Source: an uncultured Bacilli bacterium (GTDB taxonomy: Bacteria > Bacillota_I > Bacilli_A > RF39 > UBA660). From it: DNA of 64,000 nt. Positions 40,053 through 50,675 of this stretch are shown piece after piece. The notes beneath the pieces were generated by a model. It worked only from the letters and a program-made list of their open reading frames with translations. It ran no database searches and was not told the origin of the DNA. The stretch's first letter is position 1. Each line of letters starts with the position of its first letter. The translations under genes and the position numbers were made by a program. The stretch spans positions 12,821 through 76,820 of the forward strand of contig CAKPIS010000004.1 of the NCBI GenBank assembly GCA_934162425.1. Direction: 5' to 3'.

Positions 40053-40128
40053 TGGTTGCCTCGGCAAGATTCGAACTTGCGCATGTCAGAGTCAAAGTCT
40101 GATGCCTTACCACTTGGCGACGAGGCAA
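40053..40128 (-). tRNA. tRNA-Gln (anticodon UUG)
   Basis: Anticodon stem TCAGA/TCTGA, loop CTTTGAC. Length 76 nt. Confidence 0.8.
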
Positions 40129-40136
40129 TTCTTAAG

Positions 40137-40220
40137 TGGTGGGGAGAAATGGATTCGAACCATTGAACCCGAAGGAACAGATTTACAGTCTGCCGCGTTT
40201 AACCACTTCGCTACCTCCCC
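40137..40220 (-). tRNA. tRNA-Tyr (anticodon GUA)
   Basis: Long variable arm, loop CTGTAAA. Length 84 nt. Confidence 0.8.
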
Positions 40221-40225
40221 ATATA

Positions 40226-40301
<76 letters not shown>

Positions 40302-40306
40302 ATAAA

Positions 40307-40383
40307 TGGTGGACGCTATAGGACTCGAACCTATGACCCCCTGCTTGTAAGGCAGGTGCTCTAACCAACTGAGCTAAGCATCC
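40307..40383 (-). tRNA. tRNA-Val (anticodon UAC)
   Basis: Loop CTTACAA. Length 77 nt. Confidence 0.85.
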
Positions 40384-40412
40384 AAATATAAATATACGTG
40401 AGAACGTATATA

Positions 40413-40441
40413 AATATATCAGTATTTTTAGATATTGTCAA
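40413..40441 (-). promoter_or_regulatory. Sigma-A promoter of the six-tRNA operon
   Basis: TTGACA, 17-nt spacer, TATATT on the minus strand just upstream of tRNA-Val. Confidence 0.5.
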
Positions 40442-40448
40442 GAGAGTT

Positions 40449-40808
40449 TTAAGATTTTTTGTTAATCTCTTCCATTTTTTTATCAATCCAACCTGGTAAA
40501 GCAGATTTTAGTAGATAAAAACCAAACACTGTTTCTTTTATTTTTCTTTTTTTAGCTTTATATAAATCATCGCTTGTATCTTTTAAAGATAGTTTTAATT
40601 GATTGGGATTTTTAAAATCGTCTAATATCTTAACTTCTACAACATCACCTATTTCTATATAATCAGTTATATTTCTTACATATTTACTAGTTATTTCTGA
40701 AATATGAATAAGGCCACTATATGTCTCATCTATTTGTGCAAAAGCACCATATTTTTCTATAGCTGTTATTGTAGCACTTGCAATATCTCCTTTCTTATAT
40801 CTATTCAT
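40449..40808 (-). CDS. S1 RNA-binding domain protein (YugI/CvfD-like)
   Basis: S1 fold motif GDIASATITAIEKYGAFAQI...GLIHISEI. Start MNRYKK has an AGGGTG RBS. Confidence 0.7.
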   Translation of the reverse strand: MNRYKKGDIASATITAIEKYGAFAQIDETYSGLIHISEITSKYVRNITDYIEIGDVVEVKILDDFKNPNQLKLSLKDTSDDLYKAKKRKIKETVFGFYLLKSALPGWIDKKMEEINKKS

Positions 40809-40912
40809 AAAATGCACCCTCTTGCGTTTGATTATAACATAAATAGTGCATTATTTCAAACTACTTTACAAATTAGCTTAATATAAGTTATAATTAAAAT
40901 AGGTGATTATTA

Positions 40913-41155
40913 ATGAAAACAGAAGAAAAAATAAAGGAAATAATAGAAAAAATTAAACCTTATCTTAATCAAGATGGTGGTGATGTTGAATTTGTTAGAT
41001 TTGAAGATGGTATATGTTTTGTTAGATTAAAAGGTGCTTGTGCAGGATGTATGTTTGCAGATATGACAATTCAAAATACCGTTGAAGAAATGATAGTATC
41101 TGAAGTTCCAGAAGTAATAAAAGTTGAAAATATAAGTGATGAAGAAGCCATTTAA
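40913..41155 (+). CDS. NifU-like (Nfu) Fe-S cluster scaffold domain protein
   Basis: 80 aa containing the GACAGC motif. Confidence 0.7.
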   Translation: MKTEEKIKEIIEKIKPYLNQDGGDVEFVRFEDGICFVRLKGACAGCMFADMTIQNTVEEMIVSEVPEVIKVENISDEEAI

Positions 41156-42090
41156 TTATGGCTTTTTTTTAATAACCAGTCTATTCTTGGAATATATCTA
41201 TTATATAGTTTTGATAAATATATATATGTATCTACTAAAAATTTTTCATATTCTTCTGATTTTATTACTATGTTTTCTATTTTATTTTCATCTAGGTTTA
41301 AATTTACTATGTCATCATATAAATCAAAAAAATATGATGGGTATATTAATCTCCCATATAATAAAAGTGCTTCTTTATAACTTACATAGTTCATTTTAAA
41401 ATACTCTTTTAAGGCATTATAAGCATCACTGTCGTTAAAAAAACAAGATTTAATGTATTCACATGCATCACGCACTCTAAAGTCTAGAACAAGGCTTAAA
41501 GGGTTATATAATTCATAATATGTTTTTTGACTATTTATTCTTTTATGACATACTGATATAAATGCATAAGAATCAGTAGAAAATACATCTTTTATGTACA
41601 TAATAGCATTTTCTGCAAGTCCAATATAGTAATTAGCATAGTTACATAAATTAGGGTATTTTTTACCTATTTCATTTATTTGTGATTCAAAATAATCTAT
41701 TTTTGATTCCCATAAATTAGTCCAATTAGTTCTAAGTAAAGCATTATTTTTTTTAATATCAATAGAATTATTGTTTATAAAACATATTTCAGATAATCTA
41801 ATTTTTGCGTTTTTATTTACGTTTATTTCCATTAGTATATAAGGTTTTAAATTAACGTAAGTTAATATATCTCCATTATTATTTTTTATTATTTCATGCA
41901 TCATTATATTATTTTCTATGAGTTTAGTATCAAGTTCATATAAATTGTTTATATCTTCTAACGGTCTTTTATATAGTTCAAATGAATAATACTTATTTTC
42001 ATAATCAAATATATATTTATCACTATCAGTTAAAATATTATCTGGATATAAATTATAATAGTAAGATAATATGTTTCGCATAGTTATCAC
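41152..42090 (-). CDS. Hypothetical protein, possibly a CotS/YutH-like spore coat (phosphotransferase-fold) protein
   Basis: 312 aa, Tyr/Asn-rich. It has a weak kinase-like catalytic-loop remnant, VCHKRIN. Confidence 0.35.
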   Translation of the reverse strand: MITMRNILSYYYNLYPDNILTDSDKYIFDYENKYYSFELYKRPLEDINNLYELDTKLIENNIMMHEIIKNNNGDILTYVNLKPYILMEINVNKNAKIRLSEICFINNNSIDIKKNNALLRTNWTNLWESKIDYFESQINEIGKKYPNLCNYANYYIGLAENAIMYIKDVFSTDSYAFISVCHKRINSQKTYYELYNPLSLVLDFRVRDACEYIKSCFFNDSDAYNALKEYFKMNYVSYKEALLLYGRLIYPSYFFDLYDDIVNLNLDENKIENIVIKSEEYEKFLVDTYIYLSKLYNRYIPRIDWLLKKSHN

Positions 42091-42130
42091 CTATAAAATA
42101 GTATGTTTAATAAAAAGAAAAAAGAAGCAC

Positions 42131-43685
42131 TTATTTTGCTTCTTCCATAGCTCTTGTTTCTCTTATAACAATTACTTTAACTGTTCCAGGATATTGCATT
42201 TCTTTTTCTATTTTCTCTTTAATATCCCTAGCAGTTTTATAACTACCAACATCATCTACTTTTTCTGGTTCTACTATTACTCTAAGCTCTCTACCAGCTT
42301 GCATTGCATATGCTTTTTCAACTCCATCAAATTCTGTTGCTATATTCTCTAGTTGTTCTAATCTTTTTACATAGTTTTCTAAAGAGTCGTTTCTTGCTCC
42401 AGGACGAGCGGCTGATAGGCTGTCTGCAATAGCTACTAAAACTGATATAACATTATTTGCATTTTTATCACCATGATGTGATTCTATTGCATTTATAACA
42501 GTTTCATCTTCACCATATTTTTTAGCAAGATCAGCACCTATTTGTACATGGCTTCCTTCAACTTCAAAGTCTATTGCTTTTCCTATATCGTGAAGTAATC
42601 CTGCACGTTTTGCAAGTGCTACGTTTTCTCCTATTTCAGCTGCCATTATTCCAGATAAATGTGCAACTTCAATTGAGTGTTTTAATGCATTTTGTCCATA
42701 ACTAGTTCTAAAGTTTAATTTTCCAAGTGTGAATACAAGTTCTGGATCCATCTTAGTTATTCCTAGTTCAAACATTGCATCTTCACCATATTCTCTTATT
42801 TTTACGTTTAGTTCTTTGCAAGTTTTGTCATATAACTCTTCAATTCTAGATGGATGAATTCTACCATCTTTAATTAAAGTTTCAATAGTTTGTCTTGCAA
42901 TTTCTCTTCTTAATGGATCAAAGCTTGATAAAACAATAGCTTCTGGGGTATCATCGATTATTAAATCTACACCAGTTACAGCTTCTATTGTTCTTATGTT
43001 TCTTCCTTCACGCCCTATTATTCTACCTTTCATCTCATCGTTTGGTAAATTAACAACGCTTACAGTTTGTTCATTAGTTACGTCTGACGCATATTTTTGC
43101 ATTGATTCAACTAATAGATTTTTAGCTTTTTTATCAACTTCTAATTTAGCTTCAGCCTCTTTTTCTTTTATGTAAGTTGATATTTCACTACGCATTGAAA
43201 TTTCTACTTGCTTCATTATTTCTTCTTTAGCTTGTTTTTTTGAAAAACCAGATATTTTTTCTAATTTTTCTAATTGTTCTTTAATAACATTTTCTGCTTT
43301 TTCTTCTAATTTTTGAATATCTTTTTGTTTTTGTATAATGCTATTTTCTTTTTCATCTAGCATTTGTTCACGATTTTGTAAAAGACCATCTCTTTTATCA
43401 ATACTAGACTCTCTTTGAAGAAGTCTTTCTTCATTTTCTTTTATTTCTTTTTTTCTTTCTTTTATTTCTTTGTCTGTTTCTATTTTTAACTTATATGTAT
43501 CTTCTTTGGCTTCTAAAAGTGCATCTCTTTTTATTTTATCTGCATCTTTTTTAGCCTTTTCTATTATATTTGAAGCTTTATATTCTTCACTTTTTTTCTT
43601 TAATGCTGTTATTATTATTACTATAACAGCTCCAACAAATAATCCAATTATTAGAAGTAAAACAGGTATTAACACATTACCCATT
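42131..43685 (-). CDS. rny: Ribonuclease Y
   Basis: N-terminal TM, coiled-coil, KH domain and HD domain ([10 protein letters not shown]...LLHDIGK). Start MGNV has a GGAGG RBS. Confidence 0.9.
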
Positions 43686-43799
43686 ACTATTACCTCCATC
43701 TTGTATAATATTTCCTTATACACTTCTATTTTAAACTTTTAAACAGACATAGTCAAGTTTTAGTATACTTAATTGTAATTACAAACTAAATATTTAATT

Positions 43800-44816
43800 T
43801 TATTTTTTAGTTTTTATGTAAAGTTTTTCTTCATGTACTACTTTATTTCCAAGTTTTATTATAGCTTTTCCAACGCATTCATTATTTTTATATTTTTTCT
43901 TATGCTTTACAATGTAATTTACATTTATAAGTTCTTTTTCTTTTTTTGTTATTGGATAAAAATAATCATCTTTCGCATATATTTTTTTGTTTTTTAAATT
44001 CATTTTATCTTTATCAAATATTTTTTGCATGCTGTAATTATTAAAACCGTATTCATATAATTCTTTATGATTTTTAAAATCATTCCCATCGTTTAATGTA
44101 ACAACTATTAAGTTGATTTTTTCATTTGATGCGGATGTAACAAGTGTTCTATGAGCCTTTTTTGTATAACCAGTTTTACCACCTGTTGTATATTTATATG
44201 TGTATAATAATTTGTTTTTATTTCTCCAAACATATGTTTTTTCATTCGTTTTTACTACGTGTTTTTTGCAACCTGTTATTTTTCTAAATTCTTCTATAGA
44301 ATTTGCATAACGCATTAAAAGAGCCATATCATATGCTGTTGAATAATTTTTAGTTTTTTCATCTAAGCCATGTGGATTAGAAAACACAGTATTATTCATT
44401 CCTATTTGTTTTGCTAATTCATTCATTTTTTTAACAAATTTTTCTTCTCCACCAAGATATTCTGAAATCATAAGTGCAGCATCATTTCCACTTTGCATCA
44501 TAAGTCCATATACCATGTCTTCTAATTTCATTTTTTCTCCAATACTTAAATATATATTAGAACCATAGCTTTCTAATACTTTATCTGTTACTTTAACGGT
44601 TTTATTTAGTTTGCCAGAAGATATTGCAAGTGTTGCGGTCATTATTTTGGTTGTTGATGCTATTAACTTTTTAGTATTAGCATTTTTTGATACTAATACT
44701 CTTTTTGTTTCCTCTTCCATTAAAATTGCAGAGTCTCCTAAATTAAATGCACGTATTTTAATTGGCATAATAATTAACATTATTAAAAAAATTATAATTC
44801 TTTTTGTCTTTATCAT
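43800..44816 (-). CDS. D-alanyl-D-alanine carboxypeptidase (PBP5/DacF-like)
   Basis: Signal peptide plus S-T-T-K, SGN (MQSGNDAA) and KTG (GKTGYT) motifs. Confidence 0.85.
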   Translation of the reverse strand: MIKTKRIIIFLIMLIIMPIKIRAFNLGDSAILMEEETKRVLVSKNANTKKLIASTTKIMTATLAISSGKLNKTVKVTDKVLESYGSNIYLSIGEKMKLEDMVYGLMMQSGNDAALMISEYLGGEEKFVKKMNELAKQIGMNNTVFSNPHGLDEKTKNYSTAYDMALLMRYANSIEEFRKITGCKKHVVKTNEKTYVWRNKNKLLYTYKYTTGGKTGYTKKAHRTLVTSASNEKINLIVVTLNDGNDFKNHKELYEYGFNNYSMQKIFDKDKMNLKNKKIYAKDDYFYPITKKEKELINVNYIVKHKKKYKNNECVGKAIIKLGNKVVHEEKLYIKTKK

Positions 44817-44888
44817 AATATCACCAATTAAATATTATTCATTTTTTTATATAACTTGTATAAACTTTATTAGAAAGGAGTTTTTTTA

Positions 44889-46115
44889 TTGAAATTTATT
44901 AAAAATTATAAGTCTACTATTATTCTTTTATTATCAATTATTTTAGGTATGATAGTAGGAATAATATTTAAAGAAAAAGCTAGTTATTTAAAACCTTTTG
45001 GAGATTTATTCTTAAATTTATTATTAGTTATTATAGTACCTCTTATATTCTTAACAATAACTGTATCTATTGGAAAAATGAAAAGTCCAAAAAGAATAGG
45101 AAAAATACTATTTACAAGTTTAATTACGTTTGTAGTTACTTCTATAATTAGTGTTGTAATTGGACTTGGGTTTGCTAAAAATTTTAATATTATAAAATAT
45201 GAGGATAAAAATTCTATTAAAGAAATTATAAAGGAAGATAAAAGTGTTAAAAAAGAAAAATTAAATATATTAGAAAAAACAGTTAATACCGTTAGCACAA
45301 ATGATTTTAAGAGTTTAATTACTAATGATAATATTATTGCTCTTATCTGCTTTTCTATTATTTTTGGTTTAGCTATTAATTTATCTAAAGATAAAAAGAA
45401 ACCAGTTTTAGATATTTTAGATAGTTTTTCAAGCGTAGTTCAAAAATTTATTAAAATAATTATGTATTATGCCCCTATTGGTCTTGGTTGCTACTTTGCA
45501 GCTTTAGTTGGATCTTTTGGTAAGGAACTGGTTTTGGGTTATGCAAAAACTTTTCTAATTTATTTAATAGCTTGCTTATTTATCTATTTTGTTATTTATT
45601 CTTTATATGCAATCTTATGTGGTGGTAAAAATGGATTTATAAATTACTGGAAGAATATAATTCCACCATCAGTTTGTGCTATGTCTACTTGTTCTTCTGC
45701 AGCTTCAATGCCTATAAACATAGAATCTGCTAAGAAAATGGGTGTTACAGAGGATGTATCTTCCGTTTCAATATCTCTTGGTACTAACTTTCATAAAGAT
45801 GGTTCTATAGTTGGCAGTGTATTTAAAATAATGTTTTTAGTACAACTATTTAATAGTAATACATCTACTTTTAAAATTATTTTAATTGCACTTTTAGCGA
45901 CTATTTTAGTTTCAGCTGTTCCTATTGGTGGTGGCACTATATCGGAAACTTTAATAATTACAATGCTTGGTTTTCCACTTAGCACGCTTCCTATACTAAC
46001 TATTATAGCAACTATAATTGATGCTCCTGCAACTGTTTTAAATGTTACTGGCAATACAATATCTAGCGTAATAATAAATAAATTTATAGATAAGAAAAAA
46101 GTTAGAGACGATTAG
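44889..46115 (+). CDS. Dicarboxylate/amino acid:cation symporter (DAACS/SstT-like)
   Basis: 408 aa, polytopic, with DAACS-like motifs (SAASMP, NFHKDGS). The start is TTG. Confidence 0.6.
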   Translation: MKFIKNYKSTIILLLSIILGMIVGIIFKEKASYLKPFGDLFLNLLLVIIVPLIFLTITVSIGKMKSPKRIGKILFTSLITFVVTSIISVVIGLGFAKNFNIIKYEDKNSIKEIIKEDKSVKKEKLNILEKTVNTVSTNDFKSLITNDNIIALICFSIIFGLAINLSKDKKKPVLDILDSFSSVVQKFIKIIMYYAPIGLGCYFAALVGSFGKELVLGYAKTFLIYLIACLFIYFVIYSLYAILCGGKNGFINYWKNIIPPSVCAMSTCSSAASMPINIESAKKMGVTEDVSSVSISLGTNFHKDGSIVGSVFKIMFLVQLFNSNTSTFKIILIALLATILVSAVPIGGGTISETLIITMLGFPLSTLPILTIIATIIDAPATVLNVTGNTISSVIINKFIDKKKVRDD

Positions 46116-46126
46116 TTCTCTAACTT

Positions 46127-47986
46127 TTATTTTGATAATATTTGGCAGATTAAATTGCTTAATTCAGTTGGATTTAAAACAGGTAACCCTTCAATTAATC
46201 TAGCCTCATTATATAAAATCTTAGTATATTTTTTTAACATTTCTCTATCATTATCATATAAATATCTTAACTTTTTAGCTATTTCGTGATCTTCATTTAT
46301 TTCTAATATTAATTTAGCTTCTGCATGTTCATCTGGTGTACTTGCATTTATTACTTTTTGCATTTGTGTTGTAATTTCACCATCACTAGTTAAACAAAGT
46401 GGATGATTTTTTAATTTGTTTGTATATCTTATTTTTTCTACATCACTATCTAATTCATTTTTCATAAACTCAAACATTTCTTTATCATCTTCATTTTTCT
46501 TATTTAACTTTTCTTTTTCTTCCTTACTTGATAAGTCAAAGTCATTTGTAGCTATATTAACAAACTTTTTATCATCATATTTATCTAGCATTTTAAGTAC
46601 AAATTCATCTACATAATCAGTTAAGTATAATATATCTTTATTTTTATCCTTTAAGTTTTCTACCATAGGAAGCATATCTATTTTATCAGTAGTTTCACCG
46701 CAAGCATAATAAATAGTATCATCGTCTTTATCCATTTTATCTACATACTCTTTTAATGTTATGTTCTTCTTTTCTTTAGATGAATAGAAAATTATTAAGT
46801 CTTTTAATTCATCTTTTTTAGCACCATAGTTATCATAAATACCATATTTTATATTAACACCAAAATTTTTAAAGAATTCTTCATACTTATCTCTTTCATT
46901 TACTAACATGTCATGAAGTTCTTTTAAAATTTTCTTTTCTATTGTCTTTGCAATAACTTTTACTTGTCTATTTTGCTGAAGCATTTCTCTTGATATATTA
47001 AGTGATAAATCTGGAGAGTCTATAACACCTTTTACAAAGTTTAAATAATCTGGAAGTAAATCTTTACATGATTCCATAATTAAGACTCCGTTTGAGTACA
47101 ATTCTAGCCCCTTTTTATAGTCTTTTGTATAAAAATCATATGGAGGCATAGATGGAACAAACATAAGAGCATCATAGCTAACTAAGCCTTCTACCTTCGT
47201 ATGAATTACTTTTAATGGTTTAGTATAAGCTAAAAACTTATTCATGTAAAAATCATCATAATCTTCTTCCTTTATTTTGTTTTTGCTTTTTTTCCATATA
47301 GGAATCATACTATTTATAGGATCGGTTAAAGTTTTTTTATTAGTTTTTTCATCAAGCGTTTCCATCTTAATTGGATATGTTACATAATCAGAATATTTTT
47401 TTATTAACGATTGTACTTTAAATTCTTCTAGGAATTCGTCATAATTTTCTTCGTTTTCATTTTCTTTTATATGAAGTGTTATTCTTGTGCCACAACTATC
47501 TTTAACAGTTGGAACTATTTCATAACCATCAGCTCCCCTAGATGTCCATTTATATGCTTCATCATGTAAAGCCTTCTTGCTTTCAACTATAACTTCATCA
47601 CTTACCATAAAGCTTGAATAAAAACCAACACCAAACTGTCCTATTATATTAATTTTATCTTTCTTAGTTAATCCTTCTTTAAATGCTAAAGAACCACTTT
47701 TAGCGATAGTACCTAGATTTGTAGATAACTCATCTTTATCCATACCAATACCATTGTCTTCTATCATAAGAAGTCTTTTTTCTTTATCTATGCTAACTAT
47801 AATATTTAGTTTTTCTTTAGATACTTTTAATTTTTTGTTAGTTAATGATTCATAATACAATTTATCTAAAGCATCACTAGCATTTGAAATTAGCTCTCTT
47901 AAAAATATTTCCTTATTTGTATAAATTGAATTAATCATTAAATCTAATAACTTTTTAGATTCTGCTTTGAATTGTTTTTTTGACAT
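46127..47986 (-). CDS. htpG: Molecular chaperone HtpG (Hsp90)
   Basis: NKEIFLRELISNASDALDK GHKL signature. ATG 47986 has a GGGAGA RBS. The longer track start at 48049 lies inside the promoter. Confidence 0.9.
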   Translation of the reverse strand: MSKKQFKAESKKLLDLMINSIYTNKEIFLRELISNASDALDKLYYESLTNKKLKVSKEKLNIIVSIDKEKRLLMIEDNGIGMDKDELSTNLGTIAKSGSLAFKEGLTKKDKINIIGQFGVGFYSSFMVSDEVIVESKKALHDEAYKWTSRGADGYEIVPTVKDSCGTRITLHIKENENEENYDEFLEEFKVQSLIKKYSDYVTYPIKMETLDEKTNKKTLTDPINSMIPIWKKSKNKIKEEDYDDFYMNKFLAYTKPLKVIHTKVEGLVSYDALMFVPSMPPYDFYTKDYKKGLELYSNGVLIMESCKDLLPDYLNFVKGVIDSPDLSLNISREMLQQNRQVKVIAKTIEKKILKELHDMLVNERDKYEEFFKNFGVNIKYGIYDNYGAKKDELKDLIIFYSSKEKKNITLKEYVDKMDKDDDTIYYACGETTDKIDMLPMVENLKDKNKDILYLTDYVDEFVLKMLDKYDDKKFVNIATNDFDLSSKEEKEKLNKKNEDDKEMFEFMKNELDSDVEKIRYTNKLKNHPLCLTSDGEITTQMQKVINASTPDEHAEAKLILEINEDHEIAKKLRYLYDNDREMLKKYTKILYNEARLIEGLPVLNPTELSNLICQILSK

Positions 47987-48020
47987 ATATCTCATCTCCC
48001 ATTTTTCTAATGCTAATTTG

Positions 48021-48049
48021 ATTATAGTATCATTTTTTAGCACTGTCAA
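48021..48049 (-). promoter_or_regulatory. Consensus sigma-A promoter of htpG
   Basis: TTGACA, 17-nt spacer, TATAAT on the minus strand. Both hexamers are perfect. Confidence 0.65.
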
Positions 48050-48063
48050 GAAGTAAGTGCTAG
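48037..48063. promoter_or_regulatory. CIRCE-like inverted repeat (possible HrcA operator) overlapping the htpG -35
   Basis: TTAGCACTG-N9-AAGTGCTAG compared with the CIRCE consensus TTAGCACTC-N9-GAGTGCTAA. Confidence 0.45.
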
Positions 48064-48114
48064 TAAAATTATTAAAAATTATTAAATAAAAAAATTAAGA
48101 ACTTTGTCTTAATT

Positions 48115-48663
48115 TTAGTATAATCCATGAAGTTTAGATATATCATCACTAGATAATTGTTCTACCTTCCACATACCAGCTTCCTTAGTTAAATTAAGTT
48201 CTATGGTATGTGTTGTTGTATCAGTTACTTCTTCCATTTTATCTATTTTATATTCCATATACTTTTCTTTAGAAAAATTACCTTTATCATCATTAAATTT
48301 TTCTGGAGTTTTATTTAATTCTTCTTCTGCTTTTAAAACAGCACTTCTATAATTTAAAACTGTTAATTCAACCGTTGCAGTTGCAGAGTCTTTTTCTTCT
48401 TTTACATCTTTTATAACGTATGAAAAACTATCATATTGTTTCTCCATTAATTTTTGATATCTATCTTTATTTTCATCAGTTAATTCTTCATTTTTAATAG
48501 TATCTATTAATTGTGTAATTACATTATCATCCTTTGACCTATACTTTTCAAAAAACGTATTAATAGCATCTTCTGGACTAGTATCATTAAGTGAACAGCT
48601 ACATCCAGTAAAAACCAAAGCAATAAAGCATAATACAACTAATGATTTAATTATCTTTTTCAT
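48115..48663 (-). CDS. Putative lipoprotein
   Basis: Signal peptide with lipobox LVFTGC. Confidence 0.55.
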   Translation of the reverse strand: MKKIIKSLVVLCFIALVFTGCSCSLNDTSPEDAINTFFEKYRSKDDNVITQLIDTIKNEELTDENKDRYQKLMEKQYDSFSYVIKDVKEEKDSATATVELTVLNYRSAVLKAEEELNKTPEKFNDDKGNFSKEKYMEYKIDKMEEVTDTTTHTIELNLTKEAGMWKVEQLSSDDISKLHGLY

Positions 48664-48713
48664 ATTTTTTTCCTCCTTCTACAATTAATTTGGCAGATAG
48701 AAAAAAATTTATA

Positions 48714-49352
48714 CTATTTTTTTAATACTTTAAGTAAATTAGATAATTTATTAATTATATTATAATTAGCATTTTCTATAGAACTAATTAATTTATTATA
48801 TATCTTATCTATTTCTTCTTCCTTATAATTAAAACACTCTAAGTATATATATTTAAGTTCATCATATTTTTTATTTTCATAAGCTTTTTTTAAATACATA
48901 TTAAGCTTACTTGCAACTTTATATTCTTTTCTAGTAAGTAAATTATTATATTCTATCTTACGAATAGTATTATATTTAATATTAGTTTTTTCTAAATTCA
49001 TTCCAGACAATATTAAATCATCAGCTTCTTCAAATAAAAGTTTACTTCTTTCTATAACTAATCCATTTTGATCTAATTTTATAGCTAGTGCAGTATAATT
49101 ATCAAATAATATACATGCATACTCTATCTTTTTTATACCATTTTTTGTAAAAATTTCAGTTTTATCTTTTATATTAGATAAAAAATTATCTTCCGTGCAT
49201 AAATCATAATTTATAAATTCATTTAAAGTATTTTCATCTACTTTAATAATTGGCATTTTTTTCACATGAATTATATCATCATCATTATTCCATTCATAAA
49301 ACTCATATGCAATTTTTTTAAAATTAAGTAAAACATCATAAATATCTTTCAT
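48714..49352 (-). CDS. Hypothetical protein
   Basis: 212-aa ORF. No motifs recognised. Confidence 0.4.
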   Translation of the reverse strand: MKDIYDVLLNFKKIAYEFYEWNNDDDIIHVKKMPIIKVDENTLNEFINYDLCTEDNFLSNIKDKTEIFTKNGIKKIEYACILFDNYTALAIKLDQNGLVIERSKLLFEEADDLILSGMNLEKTNIKYNTIRKIEYNNLLTRKEYKVASKLNMYLKKAYENKKYDELKYIYLECFNYKEEEIDKIYNKLISSIENANYNIINKLSNLLKVLKK

Positions 49353-49558
49353 ATTTTTTTCTCCTTTTTTAAAAATACTATGTTTATAATTATTAAACCT
49401 AATATAACGTAATATATATAAGCATTAGAAATTATACACATTATATATTCCTTAAAATTATACCCAAATTCTAGTAAGTTTATGTATAGAATATTACAAG
49501 TTAATCCAAGTACTATTAAACAAAATCCTGTAATGAAAAGAAAAATTTTACCAAGCAC
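49349..49558 (-). CDS. Small two-TM membrane protein
   Basis: 69 aa, overlaps the downstream gene by 4 nt (ATGA). Confidence 0.4.
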   Translation of the reverse strand: MLGKIFLFITGFCLIVLGLTCNILYINLLEFGYNFKEYIMCIISNAYIYYVILGLIIINIVFLKKEKKI

Positions 49559-49671
49559 AATATATCACCTAGTTAATATTATTACATTTTATTATTTTTA
49601 GAAGATAGTAAAAATACATATATTATGACATATATATTAAGTAAATACTTTATATAAAGGAGATTTTAATC

Positions 49672-50481
49672 ATGAAACTAATTCTTATTATTAAATATAT
49701 TATTTTAGGCATTATACAAGGTTTTACTGAACCTATTCCAATTTCATCTAGTGGACATTTATTAATTTTAAAAAAAATATTTAATATAAATACAAATGAC
49801 ATTAATTTTGAAATTATAGTTAACTTTGGTTCATTTATTGCTATTACATTTTTATATAGAAAAGAAATACTTAACATAATTCATGATTTTATTATGTATT
49901 TAAAAGATAAAAATAAGGAATATAAAAGTGGATTTAATTATGGTTTAAAGATTATATTAGCTAGTATTCCAGCTGGTATAATAGGCTTAATATTTAAAGA
50001 TAAAATAGATATAATATCTAATGATATTAAATTAATTGGAATAGCACTTTTAATAACATCAGTATTTTTATTTATAATAAAAGATTTTAAAGGAGTAAAA
50101 GATAAAGATAATATTAGTTTTTTAGATTCTTTAAAAATAGGTATATTTCAAAGTCTAGCACTACTTCCTGGAATATCTAGAAGTGGTTCTACTATAGTAG
50201 GTGCTATGCTTTGTGATGTTAAAAGAGAGGAATCTGTAAACTTTTCATTTATGCTTTATATACCAATTAGTATAGCTAGTTTTATGCTTGGAGTAAGTGA
50301 TATAATAACTACTCCTAATATAAATAGTTATATATATTATTATATTATTGGAATGATATTTAGTATTTTAATTACATACCAATCAGCTAAATGGTTTATA
50401 AATATTATTAAAAAAGGAAAACTAATATATTTTTCAGTATATTGTCTTATAGTTGGAGTATTAGTTTTATTATTCTTATAA
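49672..50481 (+). CDS. uppP: Undecaprenyl-diphosphatase
   Basis: GFTEPIPISSSGHL signature motif. Confidence 0.9.
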   Translation: MKLILIIKYIILGIIQGFTEPIPISSSGHLLILKKIFNINTNDINFEIIVNFGSFIAITFLYRKEILNIIHDFIMYLKDKNKEYKSGFNYGLKIILASIPAGIIGLIFKDKIDIISNDIKLIGIALLITSVFLFIIKDFKGVKDKDNISFLDSLKIGIFQSLALLPGISRSGSTIVGAMLCDVKREESVNFSFMLYIPISIASFMLGVSDIITTPNINSYIYYYIIGMIFSILITYQSAKWFINIIKKGKLIYFSVYCLIVGVLVLLFL

Positions 50482-50507
50482 AAAAAAGACTTATTTAAAA
50501 GTCTTAA

Positions 50508-50621
50508 TTATCTTGTTACAACAAGAATTATACCAATTATTAATGTAACTACAAGAAGTCCTATACTTATAGCCATTTTCTTAATAACACTTCTTTTTTC
50601 CTCTTCAGTTAAATTATCCAT
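50508..50621 (-). CDS. Candidate small membrane protein (37 aa) absent from the ORF track
   Basis: GGAGG RBS 5 nt upstream of ATG 50621. Translation MDNLTEEEKRSVIKKMAISIGLLVVTLIIGIILVVTR. Confidence 0.3.
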   Translation of the reverse strand: MDNLTEEEKRSVIKKMAISIGLLVVTLIIGIILVVTR

Positions 50622-50675
50622 TATATCCTCCATATTCTAAAAATATATTAACATAAGTAGTTAAAAACATCAACT

